Shown here piece by piece: positions 36,423 to 45,804 of a DNA stretch of 64,000 nt. The stretch lies in the NCBI GenBank assembly GCA_964235815.1, contig CAXSCF010000001.1, positions 26,313 through 90,312 of the forward strand. The letters are read 5' to 3'. The position numbers and the translations under genes are program-made. The DNA comes from an uncultured Sphingomicrobium sp. (GTDB lineage Bacteria; Pseudomonadota; Alphaproteobacteria; Sphingomonadales; Sphingomonadaceae). Numbering within the stretch: the first letter of the stretch is position 1; each line of letters opens with the position of its first letter. Below the pieces are notes generated by a model. The model was not told the DNA's origin, did no database searches, and saw only the letters and a program-made list of their open reading frames with translations.

Positions 36423-37682
36423 ATGAGCCAACTGCCCGCTTTGTCGCGATTGATGCCGGTCCAGCAGGGCGCGGCGGGGATGAAGGCCGCCGCGACGGGA
36501 TTGCTCGTGGTGATGGCGGTGATCTTCATCGGCGCACGCTTGCTCGAGCCGCGCTATCCGGGACTCGATTGGGTCAAGGCCTTTGCCGAAGCGGGGATGG
36601 TTGGTGGGCTCGCCGACTGGTTCGCGGTGACGGCGCTGTTCCGCCATCCGCTCGGTCTGCCGATCCCACACACCGCGATCATTCCGCGCAACAAGGATCG
36701 CATCGGCGAGGCGCTGGCGACCTTCCTCAAGGAAAATTTCCTGATCGCCCCGGTCGTTGCGCGGCGAATGCGCAATATCGACCTTGCCGGCGCGGCGGGG
36801 CGTTTTCTCCAGGCTCCGCAGGGCGAAGCAACGCGAATCCGCCAGGGCGCGAGCCGCTTGATCGCCGATCTGTTCGAAAGCCTTGACGACGAACGCCTGG
36901 GCGGACTGGTCAAGGGCGCCATCTCCAACCGCCTGCGCAAGGCCGAAATTGCGCCGCTGATCGGACACGCCCTCGCCAGCGCGATCAACGAGGATCGCCA
37001 CGTGCCGATGCTCGAGGCCGCGATTCGCTGGGTCGACCGCGCGCTCGACGCCAATGAAAGCCTGATCCGGGAAATGGTGACCAAACGCACCAATTGGGTG
37101 CTCAAGCTTGCCGGGATCGACTCGCGGCTGTCGGATTCAATTCTCGATGGACTGCGCAAGCTGGCCGAGGACATGGCGCACGATCCCGCGCATCCGGTGC
37201 GGGTCAAGATCGAGGAAGCGCTGGCGCAGCTCGCCAACGATCTGCAAACGCGCCCCGAAACGCGCGACAAGGTCGAGGAATATAAGATCCAATTGCTCGA
37301 CAACCGGTCGGTCGGTCTGTGGCTCGACACCTTGTGGCAGAAAGGCCGCGAAGCGATCATCCGCGCCGCGCGCAACCCCGACGCGGCAATGGCCGGCAAG
37401 CTCGGCGACGTGCTCAAATCGATGGGCCAAAATCTTGAGCGCGACCCCAAGATGAAGCGCGCGATCAATCAGTTCGCCCGTCGCGCGGTGGCCGGGATGG
37501 CGGCAAGCTATGGCGGGTCGATCGTCAAGCTGGTGAGCGAGACGGTGCGCGGCTGGGACGCGCGCACGATCACCGCCCGGCTTGAAAGCGCGGTCGGGCG
37601 CGACCTCCAATATATCCGTATTAACGGGACGCTCGTCGGGGGTACCGTCGGGGTGCTGCTTCACGCACTCGATACGCTGTAA
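36423..37682 (+). CDS. DUF445 domain membrane protein
   Basis: GGLADWFAVTALFRHPLGLPIPHTAIIPRNKDRIGE is the DUF445 signature. Confidence 0.75.
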   Translation: MSQLPALSRLMPVQQGAAGMKAAATGLLVVMAVIFIGARLLEPRYPGLDWVKAFAEAGMVGGLADWFAVTALFRHPLGLPIPHTAIIPRNKDRIGEALATFLKENFLIAPVVARRMRNIDLAGAAGRFLQAPQGEATRIRQGASRLIADLFESLDDERLGGLVKGAISNRLRKAEIAPLIGHALASAINEDRHVPMLEAAIRWVDRALDANESLIREMVTKRTNWVLKLAGIDSRLSDSILDGLRKLAEDMAHDPAHPVRVKIEEALAQLANDLQTRPETRDKVEEYKIQLLDNRSVGLWLDTLWQKGREAIIRAARNPDAAMAGKLGDVLKSMGQNLERDPKMKRAINQFARRAVAGMAASYGGSIVKLVSETVRGWDARTITARLESAVGRDLQYIRINGTLVGGTVGVLLHALDTL

Positions 37683-37704
37683 GACCGCGGGAAAGGAGAA
37701 TGTC

Positions 37705-38022
37705 GTGCGTTTGAAGGTGAAAGCCTGGGCCGGCCGAGCAATCATGCTAACGCTGATCGCGGCGCTGATGCTCGGTCTTGCTTACACGGCGCCGCTTGAT
37801 CTGGCGCTGATCGGCGCGATCGACCTGGCGACTTATATCGATGCGCTGCTCGGCGTGTATGTGATCGCGCAGATTAGCCGCTTGCGGCCGATGCTCGCGA
37901 TGTCACGATTGTGGATCGCGGCCCGGCTGCGGCGTCCCCGTTCGCGTGCGACCGCCGTCCGTCCGGCCGAAAAGGCATTGCCCGCCAATGACGACGATCG
38001 ACCGCATGCGCTCGCCGCCTGA
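37705..38022 (+). CDS. Small membrane protein (about 105 aa), hypothetical
   Basis: The GTG at 37705 lies 6 nt after AAGGAG. It has two TM-like segments and GC3-rich codons. Confidence 0.4.
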   Translation: MRLKVKAWAGRAIMLTLIAALMLGLAYTAPLDLALIGAIDLATYIDALLGVYVIAQISRLRPMLAMSRLWIAARLRRPRSRATAVRPAEKALPANDDDRPHALAA

Positions 38023-38102
38023 GCCGGTTCACTCAGCGATTCGCATCGCTTCTACGCGCACATGGGGTTCGAGATGACCAGCAAACGATTCGCGAAAACG
38101 CT

Positions 38103-39386
38103 CTAGCCCGCGCTGCGCCGCTCGATCGTCGCGCCGACTCCCTGGAGCTTTTCCTCGAGCCGCTCGTAGCCGCGGTCGAGATGATAGACGCGCAACACCT
38201 CGGTCTCGCCCTCGGCACACAGCCCGGCGAGCACGAGGCTCATCGAAGCGCGCAGGTCGGTCGCCATGACTTGCGCCCCTGTCATGGTCTCGACCCCGTG
38301 GACGATCGCCGATCGCCCGCGGACATCGATGTTCGCGCCCATCCGGCGCAATTCGGGGACGTGCATGTAGCGGTTCTCGAAGATCGTTTCCTCAAGGAAG
38401 CTTTCACCCGGCGCCTTGCACAGCATAGCCATGAACTGCGCCTGCATGTCGGTCGGGAAACCGGGGTACGGCGCGGTCGAAATGGCCAGTGGCTTGAGCG
38501 GACCATCGGCGGTGACCTTGATTCCGTCGGCAGTGAATTCGACCATCAACCCGGCGGCGGCGAGCGCGTTGGTGATCGCCAGCATGTCGCGCGGGCGCGC
38601 CCCGACCAGTTCGATTGAGCCGCCGGTGATGCCCGCGGCGCAGGCATAGCTGCCGGCCTCGATGCGGTCGGGCATGACGTCGTAGCTGCAGCCGTTGAGG
38701 CCTTCGACGCCATCGATCGTGAGGTGGGAGGTGCCAATGCCGGCGATCCCACCGCCCATCGCCACCAGCAATTGGCACAAATCGACGATTTCGGGCTCGC
38801 GCGCGGCATTGAACAATTGGCTTTTGCCCGTCGCCAGCACCGCCGCCATCAGCGCATTTTCGGTTGCCCCGACCGAAACCACCGGGAAACTGTAATCGCC
38901 GCCGGTCAGGCGGCCCTTGGGCGCGGTCGCCTTGACGTAGCCGGCCGCGATCTCGATTTCGGCGCCAAGCGCTTCGAGTGCCTGCAAGTGAAGATCGATC
39001 GGGCGATCGCCGATCGCGCACCCGCCGGGCAACGACACCGTCGCTTCGCCGGCCCGCGCCAGCATCGGGCCAAGAACGAGGATCGAGGCGCGCATCTTGC
39101 GCACCATGTCGTAAGGGGCGACGGTCGAGGCGATGTCGCTCGCCTGGAGCGTCATGCGGCGGCCATATTCGCCCTTCTTGACCCCGGCGACCTTGGTCGA
39201 TGTCCCAAGCCCGTTGAGCAGATGCGAGAAATTGTCGACGTCGGCGAGCCGCGGCAAATTGCCAAGCGTCAATTTGTCCGCCGTAAGCAGCGCGCACGGC
39301 AGCAGCGTCAGCGCGCTATTCTTTGCCCCGGAAATCGGGATGCGGCCTTCGAGGCGCTTGCCGCCGACGACGTGAATGGAGTCCAT
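38103..39386 (-). CDS. murA: UDP-N-acetylglucosamine 1-carboxyvinyltransferase MurA
   Basis: 427 aa, [34 protein letters not shown]..., a canonical MurA. Confidence 0.95.
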   Translation of the reverse strand: MDSIHVVGGKRLEGRIPISGAKNSALTLLPCALLTADKLTLGNLPRLADVDNFSHLLNGLGTSTKVAGVKKGEYGRRMTLQASDIASTVAPYDMVRKMRASILVLGPMLARAGEATVSLPGGCAIGDRPIDLHLQALEALGAEIEIAAGYVKATAPKGRLTGGDYSFPVVSVGATENALMAAVLATGKSQLFNAAREPEIVDLCQLLVAMGGGIAGIGTSHLTIDGVEGLNGCSYDVMPDRIEAGSYACAAGITGGSIELVGARPRDMLAITNALAAAGLMVEFTADGIKVTADGPLKPLAISTAPYPGFPTDMQAQFMAMLCKAPGESFLEETIFENRYMHVPELRRMGANIDVRGRSAIVHGVETMTGAQVMATDLRASMSLVLAGLCAEGETEVLRVYHLDRGYERLEEKLQGVGATIERRSAG

Positions 39387-39422
39387 AGTCGCGCTTTACG
39401 CATCCGCGCGCCCCATGCAAGC

Positions 39423-39794
39423 TTACCAGAGGTTCTTGCCGTCGAGCACGGTGACCGGATGGTCGGCGGCCTCGAAATTGTCGAACAGGCGCGCGTTGGC
39501 GCCAACGCGTCGGGTCTTCCCGTCCCATGTTCCGTCGCGCGCAAAGGCAGGGCTGTCAGAATAAAGGAAACATCCGCAGGCACTACAGAAATGCTGCGCC
39601 ACCTGCTTGGTCTGCCAGCGGTAGATGGCATCGCTGGTTGCATCGGTCATGGCGAACTGGTCGGGCGGAAAATAAGCATATAGCGCGCCGCGGGTCGAAC
39701 AGAAGGAACAGGTGCAGCGCGTCAGCTGATCGGGAATGTCGCCGTCAATGTGAAACCGGTTGCGCTTGCAGTGGCAGCCGCCGTCGATCGCCAT
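39423..39794 (-). CDS. GFA (glutathione-dependent formaldehyde-activating / CENP-V-like) family protein
   Basis: The Cys pattern GGCHCKRNRF...CTCSFC...FCSACG is typical of the GFA zinc sites. Confidence 0.75.
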   Translation of the reverse strand: MAIDGGCHCKRNRFHIDGDIPDQLTRCTCSFCSTRGALYAYFPPDQFAMTDATSDAIYRWQTKQVAQHFCSACGCFLYSDSPAFARDGTWDGKTRRVGANARLFDNFEAADHPVTVLDGKNLW

Positions 39795-39842
39795 GAGAAG
39801 TCCTCCTCGCCCAACAAACCAGTCGGTACGAAAGCGGTTCCG

Positions 39843-40220
39843 TCACGCTTTCTCGAGCGTGCACTGCAGCGGATGCTGGTGCTCGCGCGCGAAGTCGATC
39901 ACCTGGCTGACCTTGGTTTCGGCGACCTCGTAGGTGAACACCCCGCACACCGCGACGCCGTTCTGATGAACTTGCAGCATTACCCGCGTCGCATCCTCGA
40001 TGCTCATGGTAAAGAATTGCTGGAGGATGAGGACGACAAACTCCATCGGAGTATAATCGTCGTTGAGCATCAACACTTTGTAATTGGAAGGCTTCTTGGT
40101 GCGCGGGCGCGTGCGCGTGACGACACCGGTCTCGATGTCGTCGAGTCCGTCACCGCGTCCGGGCTCGTCGCCCGCCATGAGAATCGTCAGCCTGTCCATT
40201 GGTTGCCCACGATATGGCAT
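39843..40220 (-). CDS. clpS: ATP-dependent Clp protease adaptor ClpS
   Basis: [24 protein letters not shown]...[17 protein letters not shown]. The listed ORF starts at a TTG at 40238; I use the first ATG at 40220. Confidence 0.85.
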   Translation of the reverse strand: MPYRGQPMDRLTILMAGDEPGRGDGLDDIETGVVTRTRPRTKKPSNYKVLMLNDDYTPMEFVVLILQQFFTMSIEDATRVMLQVHQNGVAVCGVFTYEVAETKVSQVIDFAREHQHPLQCTLEKA

Positions 40221-40322
40221 CCCGCTCCCGCCCTGCAAGATGCCACGGCCACAAATGCGAAACGGCCGCCTTCCTGGGGTGGGAAAGCGGCCGTCGGTTT
40301 GGCAGTAACCCCAGGAGGGAGG

Positions 40323-41129
40323 TTAGGCCATGAGCTCGTTGACGCGTTCGGCATTGACGCTGGCGCGGTTCGAGATCGGCTGGATCGCTTCGCCGGCAAG
40401 CTTGACAATCTGCTCGGTCAGCTTCGAGCTTTCGGCCACCATGCGGTCGAACGACGAACGAACGATTTCCGACTGGCGCTGGAAGAACTCGGTCGGCGAC
40501 TTGGCGTCGGCGAGCGTCTTGACCGCTTCCGAAGCTTGCTCGAAGCCACTGCGGCTCGAGGCGACGACGTCTTGGCCGATCGACTTGACGCCGGCGGCAG
40601 CGATGCGGCCGGCTTCGGCAATCGCTTCGACATTGGCCTTGGCAAGGTCGGTCATTTCCTGGCCCTTGGTGACCATGTCCTGGCTTCGCACGCCGGCATC
40701 GCCGAACAGGCCCTGGAACTTGTCGGCGCCGGGCAGCTGGAAGCCGGCGAACATCTGGGTGAAATCATTGGTCATCTTGGAAGTCCTTTCGATCTGACGG
40801 TCGGCGCCGTGGGCGGCGGCCTGGGTGATACGGCGCGCATTGGTCGCGGCGCGCTGAGTGGTTTTGGCGGCAGTGTTAACGACCTTGGCCTTGGTCGTGC
40901 GGGCCGTGCCAGCGGTCGCGGTCTTGGCGCCTGTTTTGGCGGTGGCCTTGCGCGCCGTCTTGGGCTTGCGGATATTCTTGGCAACTGTCTTCGCCGCGTT
41001 CTTGCGTGCAGTCGTCGTGGCTGGTGTCGACACGGCGCTCTGGGTAACGGCTTCAACCGTGGCGGCCGTGGTCTTGGCGGCGTCGGCAACGGCCTGGATC
41101 GTCTTGTCGGTCTGGGTCTGGTCAACCAT
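40323..41129 (-). CDS. phaP: Phasin family protein with an N-terminal Lys/Ala/Thr-rich extension
   Basis: The C-terminal ~160 aa look like a Phasin_2 domain (MTNDFTQMFAGFQLPGADKF...). The ATG at 41129 lies 6 nt after AGGAGA. About 105 aa of AKT-rich low complexity precede the phasin core. Confidence 0.75.
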   Translation of the reverse strand: MVDQTQTDKTIQAVADAAKTTAATVEAVTQSAVSTPATTTARKNAAKTVAKNIRKPKTARKATAKTGAKTATAGTARTTKAKVVNTAAKTTQRAATNARRITQAAAHGADRQIERTSKMTNDFTQMFAGFQLPGADKFQGLFGDAGVRSQDMVTKGQEMTDLAKANVEAIAEAGRIAAAGVKSIGQDVVASSRSGFEQASEAVKTLADAKSPTEFFQRQSEIVRSSFDRMVAESSKLTEQIVKLAGEAIQPISNRASVNAERVNELMA

Positions 41130-41140
41130 GATGTATCTCC

Positions 41141-41160
41141 TATGCTGCAGTGCACAATAA
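41141..41160 (-). promoter_or_regulatory. Candidate operator, identical 20-mer TTATTGTGCACTGCAGCATA (minus strand), abutting the phasin RBS
   Basis: Exact match to 25294-25313, 11 nt from the phasin ATG. Confidence 0.5.
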
Positions 41161-41186
41161 GCGTGTTGCGGCAAAGTTTCAAGGTT

Positions 41187-41206
41187 TATTGTGCGTTGCA
41201 GCACAA
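41187..41206 (+). promoter_or_regulatory. Third, palindromic copy of the operator-like motif (TTATTGTGCGTTGCAGCACA)
   Basis: 17 of 20 positions match the other copies, and it contains the perfect TTGTGC-N6-GCACAA inverted repeat. It is oppositely oriented in the phasin/gmk divergent intergenic region. Confidence 0.45.
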
Positions 41207-41256
41207 GACGAATTCGAGCGCCTTGACGGCGCCCCCCGGCCAAGGCATTTGCGGAC

Positions 41257-41910
41257 ATGGCCGACCCCACTGCACCGCACATCCCGAGCCGCCGTCGCGG
41301 TCTGCTGATCGTCCTGTCGTCGCCGTCGGGGGCGGGCAAGACGACGATCAGCCACATGCTGCTCAGGGCCGATCCGGGGATCACCATGTCGATCTCGGCG
41401 ACGACCCGGCCCAAGCGCCCGGGCGAGATCGACGACGTCCATTATCACTTCGTCGATGCGGCCGGATTCAAGGCGCTGATCGACGACGGCGAACTCGCCG
41501 AATGGGCCTATGTGTTCGACCATCGCTACGGCACGCCCAAGGCGCCGATCAAGGCCGCGCTCAAGTCCGGCAGCGACATCCTGTTCGACATCGACTGGCA
41601 GGGTACGCAACAACTCGAAGCGGGGATGGGCGAGGACCTCGTCAGCATCTTCATCCTGCCGCCCTCGATGCCCGAACTCGACCGCCGCCTGCGCACCCGC
41701 GCGACCGACAGCGAAGACGTCATCGCCGATCGCATGCGTCGCGCGGCGAGCGAGATCGGGCACTGGGCCGAATATGATTATGTCCTGATCAACGAGGACA
41801 TGGATCGTTGCCTCGAAGATGTGAAGGCGATCGTCGCCGCCGAACGGCTCAAGCGGACGCGGCAGCCGGGGCTGGTGGCGTTCGTGCGCGAACTGGTCGA
41901 GCGGCCTTAG
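41257..41910 (+). CDS. gmk: Guanylate kinase
   Basis: GLLIVLSSPSGAGKTTI P-loop and Gmk body, 217 aa. Confidence 0.9.
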   Translation: MADPTAPHIPSRRRGLLIVLSSPSGAGKTTISHMLLRADPGITMSISATTRPKRPGEIDDVHYHFVDAAGFKALIDDGELAEWAYVFDHRYGTPKAPIKAALKSGSDILFDIDWQGTQQLEAGMGEDLVSIFILPPSMPELDRRLRTRATDSEDVIADRMRRAASEIGHWAEYDYVLINEDMDRCLEDVKAIVAAERLKRTRQPGLVAFVRELVERP

Positions 41911-41934
41911 TCGGGTCAGCGGCGGTTTCCCCTT

Positions 41935-41964
41935 CCCGCTCAGTCCCTCCTCAGGATGAGCGGG
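41935..41964. repeat. GC-rich hairpin / REP-like fragment between convergent gmk and the ATP12-family gene
   Basis: CCCGCTCA-N14-TGAGCGGG, with an inner TCC/GGA pairing. No U-tract. Confidence 0.35.
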
Positions 41965-41972
41965 GTTGGGAC

Positions 41973-42659
41973 CTAATCCAGTAGCCTCAAAAAATGCGCC
42001 GCGGCTGCAAAGTCCCGCTCGCGGCTAGCGAGGGAGGCGACGGCTTCGTGGTCGGCGCCCCATTGCTCGATCTGCCAGCGCTCGTCGAGCGACACCCCGT
42101 CCCAAGCCGTTTGAAGGTCGATGGCGCGATCGAGCAGGAGCAGCGCGGTGATCAGCGAGCCGCCGATGGTGATGAGGGGCGACAGTGCGGCGCGCTGAAA
42201 CGGCGAGGCGACGGTGAGCGCGGCGGTGAGACGGGCGATCGTCGGGGCCGGCTGGGGGACGTGGACGATGCCGCTTGTGACAATGAAATCAACGCTGTAT
42301 CGGGTTTTCGCCAAGGCCAGCAGCGGATCCCACGCGGCGGCTTGGGAGCCGATCAGCGCGGGCGGGTGATCGGCGCGGTAGCACAGCAGATCGCCCTCGG
42401 CATATTGGCCGAGGTCGGCGGCGAAGGCGGGGCGCGGGGCATGATCGACGGCGGCGTTGGCAAGCCCCGTCAGCGGCATCGCGCGCGGGTCGATTTCCTC
42501 GCCGCACTCGCGCCATTCACTCGCGATCGCCTCGCCCAGCGCCGCGCTCGGGACAACGAGGTCGGCGCGCGCCGGGGTCTTAAGCGCCCGCCCGTCGAGC
42601 GCGATCCCCCAACCGTTTTCGGTCGCGGCCAGCGCGACCTCCTTCCAGAACCTTTTCAC
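41973..42659 (-). CDS. ATP12 family F1-ATPase assembly chaperone
   Basis: KRFWKEVALAATENGWGIALDGRALKTPARADLVVPSAALGEAIASEW is the ATP12 signature. It starts at a GTG overlapping the upstream stop (GTGA). Confidence 0.8.
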   Translation of the reverse strand: MKRFWKEVALAATENGWGIALDGRALKTPARADLVVPSAALGEAIASEWRECGEEIDPRAMPLTGLANAAVDHAPRPAFAADLGQYAEGDLLCYRADHPPALIGSQAAAWDPLLALAKTRYSVDFIVTSGIVHVPQPAPTIARLTAALTVASPFQRAALSPLITIGGSLITALLLLDRAIDLQTAWDGVSLDERWQIEQWGADHEAVASLASRERDFAAAAHFLRLLD

Positions 42660-42886
42660 TCGCCGCGCCAGCGCTTTCGCAGGATGATTGGTATTACGGC
42701 AAGGTCGGTCAATCCGAAGATGAGCAGCGCAATACCAATGACGCGATTGCCGCCCGGGTGGAACACGTCACTGAACCCGACGAGGAGGCCGAGCAGTGCG
42801 ATTACCGTCCCGCTCAGCCGAAACAACATCAAGGTGAAGAAGCGACGCTTCCAGATATCGGGTCGCTCGTTCATCTCGCGATCCAT
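42656..42886 (-). CDS. Small membrane protein (72-76 aa)
   Basis: Two TM segments. The second ATG at 42874 would overlap the HAD gene's stop as ATGA. Confidence 0.5.
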   Translation of the reverse strand: MDREMNERPDIWKRRFFTLMLFRLSGTVIALLGLLVGFSDVFHPGGNRVIGIALLIFGLTDLAVIPIILRKRWRGE

Positions 42887-43527
42887 TGTTGTGCTAACCC
42901 AGCGACCTCGTGCGGCGCGTCGGCGACCACTATCGCGCCCATCGCGATCATCTCGTCATGGTCGTGATAGCCCCAGCCAACCCCGATCGGCCCGCACCCG
43001 GCGGCGCGGGCACAGCCCATGTCCCACCCGGTGTCGCCGATGAACACGGTCTCCTCGGGCAAGGCGCCGGCCTCGGCCATCGCCGCCAGCGCCATCGCAG
43101 GATGGGGCTTGGACGGGTTGCGGTCGGCGGTCTGGAGCGTGACGAAGCGATCGGCAAGGTCGTGCGCGGCAAGGCAATGGCGCAGTCCGCGGTCGCTCTT
43201 GCCCGTCGCCACCCCGAGCAGCCAGCCATCGTTTGCGAGCGCGTCGAGCAAGTCGACCATCCCGTCGAACAACGGCTCCTCGACCTCGCCCGCGCCGCGC
43301 ATCGCGATGAACGCATCCTTGTAGCTTGCGCTTAGCGCCTCATGGTCGGCGTTAGGGATCAGCGCGGCCATCGCTTCGTCAAGGCTCAGCCCGATGACCT
43401 TGCGCGTCACGCTCGCCGCTGGGCAGTCGAGCCCATGCGCGGCAAAAGCGGTGCGCAACGCCTGATGGATCGCGCCCCCGCTATCAACCAGCGTTCCGTC
43501 GCAATCGAAAATCGCGAGCCGGGTCAT
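42871..43527 (-). CDS. HAD family hydrolase (phosphoglycolate phosphatase-like)
   Basis: MTRLAIFDCDGTLVDS motif I, SKPHP and GDTGWD motifs. ATGA overlap with the upstream pseudouridine synthase gene. Confidence 0.8.
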   Translation of the reverse strand: MTRLAIFDCDGTLVDSGGAIHQALRTAFAAHGLDCPAASVTRKVIGLSLDEAMAALIPNADHEALSASYKDAFIAMRGAGEVEEPLFDGMVDLLDALANDGWLLGVATGKSDRGLRHCLAAHDLADRFVTLQTADRNPSKPHPAMALAAMAEAGALPEETVFIGDTGWDMGCARAAGCGPIGVGWGYHDHDEMIAMGAIVVADAPHEVAGLAQQWIAR

Positions 43528-44840
43528 TTCCGCGTCGGCGGCGGGCGCTTGGCGGGCGCCGGTCGCCGGGCAGGAGCGGTGCGTTTGGCAGGAGCAGGTT
43601 TCTGGCTCGCCGCGATGCTCTTGCCGGTGGCGACGCGCCGGCTGACGGCTGCGCCCTTGCCCGGAGCGGCAGTGCGGGCAGGAGCGTCCTTGGCGCCCGC
43701 CTTCGCCTTGGGCTTGGCCGACGCGCGGGTCGGCGCGGGCTCGCCGCGCGATCGGCGTTCGCCCTTGCGCGCCTTGCGCGCCGCCTTGGCGGTGGCGGCG
43801 ACGCGCTTGATCTTGGTCTCGAGCGACTTGGCGGGATCGGGATTGTCGAGCGGCAGCATGTCCCCGGCAAGCTGCTCGAACCCCAACGTTGCCATCGTCT
43901 CGGCAAAATGAGCCGGGAGTTCGGCCGTGTGGTCGATCGCCTTGCCGTCGGTCCCGTCGATCCTCAGGCGCCGCGCGTGCAAGTGCATCTTGCGGCTGAT
44001 TCCGCCCGTCAAAAAGGCTGCCGGACCGCCATATTTGGCATCGCCGACGATCGGGTGGCCGATCGCCGCCATGTGCGCCCGCAACTGGTGAGTGCGCCCT
44101 GTCATCGGCTGCAATTCGACCCACGTGGCGCGATTGCCGGCGCGGTCGATCTGGCGATAGCGCGTGCGCGCCGGGAGCCCGTCCTTTTCATCGACCATCA
44201 TCTTTTCGCCGCCCGACCCGGGCTGCTTGGCAAGCGGGGCGTCGATCACGCCTTCCGAGGTTGATGGCCAGCCGACGACTAGCGCCCAATAGACCTTGCG
44301 CGCGGTGCGGCCCGCAAATGCCTTGGCAAAATGACCCGCGGCGCGCGCCGACCGTGCGACCAGCAACACGCCGCTCGTATCCTTGTCGAGGCGGTGGACG
44401 AGCTTGGGGCGCTGGCCCTTCTCGTCGGCCAGCGCGTCGAGCAACCGGTCGAGATGCTGGACCAGCTTGGTCCCGCCCTGCGTCGCAAGCCCGGGCGGCT
44501 TGTTAAGCATGATCCAGTCCTTGCCCCGCGCGAGGACCATGTCCTGAACGAACTCGGCTTCCTCGGCGGTCAGCGGCTCGACCATGCGCAACGGGCGCCC
44601 CTCGGGCCCTTCGGCTGGGGCGGCCTCGGCGGGGGGCAGGCGCAGCACCTGCCCCGTGGCGACGCGATCGCCCGGCGCGACGCGCTGATCATCGACCTTG
44701 AGCAGCCCGATGCGGGCCCAGCGCGACACCAGATTGAAACTGATCTCGGGCAGATGCCGCTTGAACCAGCGATCGAGCCGGATGCCATCATCGTCTTGGG
44801 CAACGATAAAAGTCCGAAAATTGTCGGGAGGGGAGGCCAT
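43524..44840 (-). CDS. RluA-family (RluC-like) pseudouridine synthase with a Lys/Ala/Pro-rich C-terminal tail
   Basis: S4-like N-terminus, catalytic HRLDKDTSGVLLVARS, and then ~100 aa of AKP-rich tail (KAARKARKG...AKPKAKAGAK...PAPAKRPPPTRK). Confidence 0.85.
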   Translation of the reverse strand: MASPPDNFRTFIVAQDDDGIRLDRWFKRHLPEISFNLVSRWARIGLLKVDDQRVAPGDRVATGQVLRLPPAEAAPAEGPEGRPLRMVEPLTAEEAEFVQDMVLARGKDWIMLNKPPGLATQGGTKLVQHLDRLLDALADEKGQRPKLVHRLDKDTSGVLLVARSARAAGHFAKAFAGRTARKVYWALVVGWPSTSEGVIDAPLAKQPGSGGEKMMVDEKDGLPARTRYRQIDRAGNRATWVELQPMTGRTHQLRAHMAAIGHPIVGDAKYGGPAAFLTGGISRKMHLHARRLRIDGTDGKAIDHTAELPAHFAETMATLGFEQLAGDMLPLDNPDPAKSLETKIKRVAATAKAARKARKGERRSRGEPAPTRASAKPKAKAGAKDAPARTAAPGKGAAVSRRVATGKSIAASQKPAPAKRTAPARRPAPAKRPPPTRK

Positions 44841-44875
44841 GGCGTGCCCTTAGCCTGTCGAATCGTCCGCGTCGA

Positions 44876-45751
44876 TCAGTCGACCGGTTCGTGCGGCCGT
44901 GTGACGAGCATCTTGATATACGCCGGCAACGTCGTCGCGCCGTGCTCGGGTCGATCGGGCATGGGATAACATTGATCGAGCACAACCTCGGTCATGCGCG
45001 CATAGGATCGGGCGGCGGGACGCGAAAAGCCGATCGACGCGAACATGTGTGCCAATTGGTCGCGGGGAGTCGTGACGACGCGCACAACGCGGTCCATCGC
45101 TGCGGCAAAGGCCTCGGCCACGTCCTGCGCGCTGTAGCGCGCCGGTCCTTCGACATGAAGCGGATCAGGCCTTGGCCTCGCTGCGACCATCAACCGCGCC
45201 GCAACCTTGCCAAGATCATCGGGGGCCACCATCGGCAGCTTGAAATCGGGCGGAAATGTCGATGGAACCGTGCCTTCTTGTCGCGCGGGGTCGCTCGCCA
45301 TGTCCCAATTGGTAAAATAATAAGCGGCGCGAATGATGTTGTGCGGGATCGATTGCGCGGCAAGGCGCTGCTCGAGTTCGAACAGCGTATTGAGATCGCC
45401 GAGATGATCGCCCGCTTGCGCGCCATAGGTCGATTCGGCGACGATGTGGCGCAGTCCGGACCCTTCGACCGCCGCCATGATCGACGCGACCGAGGCGCGC
45501 TCGACCGCGTCGGTGTCGCTCGCGGGAGCGGCCGGGGGATTGAGCAGGAACAAGGTGTCGCCACGGTGCAGGACGTTGCGGAGCGACGCCGCATCGGTGA
45601 CATCGGCGACGGCGATTTCAGCGCCCTGATCGCGCCACCGTTCGGCCTTTCTGCCATCGCGCGTGACGATGGTGACAGGTTCGCCGCCCTCGATCAGCGC
45701 GCTCGCGGTGGCGGACCCGACATGACCCGTTCCGCCGAGGATGATGTGCAT
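44876..45751 (-). CDS. NmrA-family / NAD(P)H-binding protein
   Basis: MHIILGGTGHVGSATASALIEGG Rossmann motif, 291 aa. Confidence 0.7.
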   Translation of the reverse strand: MHIILGGTGHVGSATASALIEGGEPVTIVTRDGRKAERWRDQGAEIAVADVTDAASLRNVLHRGDTLFLLNPPAAPASDTDAVERASVASIMAAVEGSGLRHIVAESTYGAQAGDHLGDLNTLFELEQRLAAQSIPHNIIRAAYYFTNWDMASDPARQEGTVPSTFPPDFKLPMVAPDDLGKVAARLMVAARPRPDPLHVEGPARYSAQDVAEAFAAAMDRVVRVVTTPRDQLAHMFASIGFSRPAARSYARMTEVVLDQCYPMPDRPEHGATTLPAYIKMLVTRPHEPVD

Positions 45752-45804
45752 CGTTCAATCTTCTTGTCGTCGCCCCGCACAGAACGATTGGAGCTGGATG
45801 GGGT

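Noticed and set aside
39750-41777. 675-aa plus-strand ORF spanning the clpS, phasin and gmk region
   Set aside because: It runs antisense through clpS and the phasin gene and out of frame through gmk. The sequence is low-complexity G/R/A-rich with no motifs.
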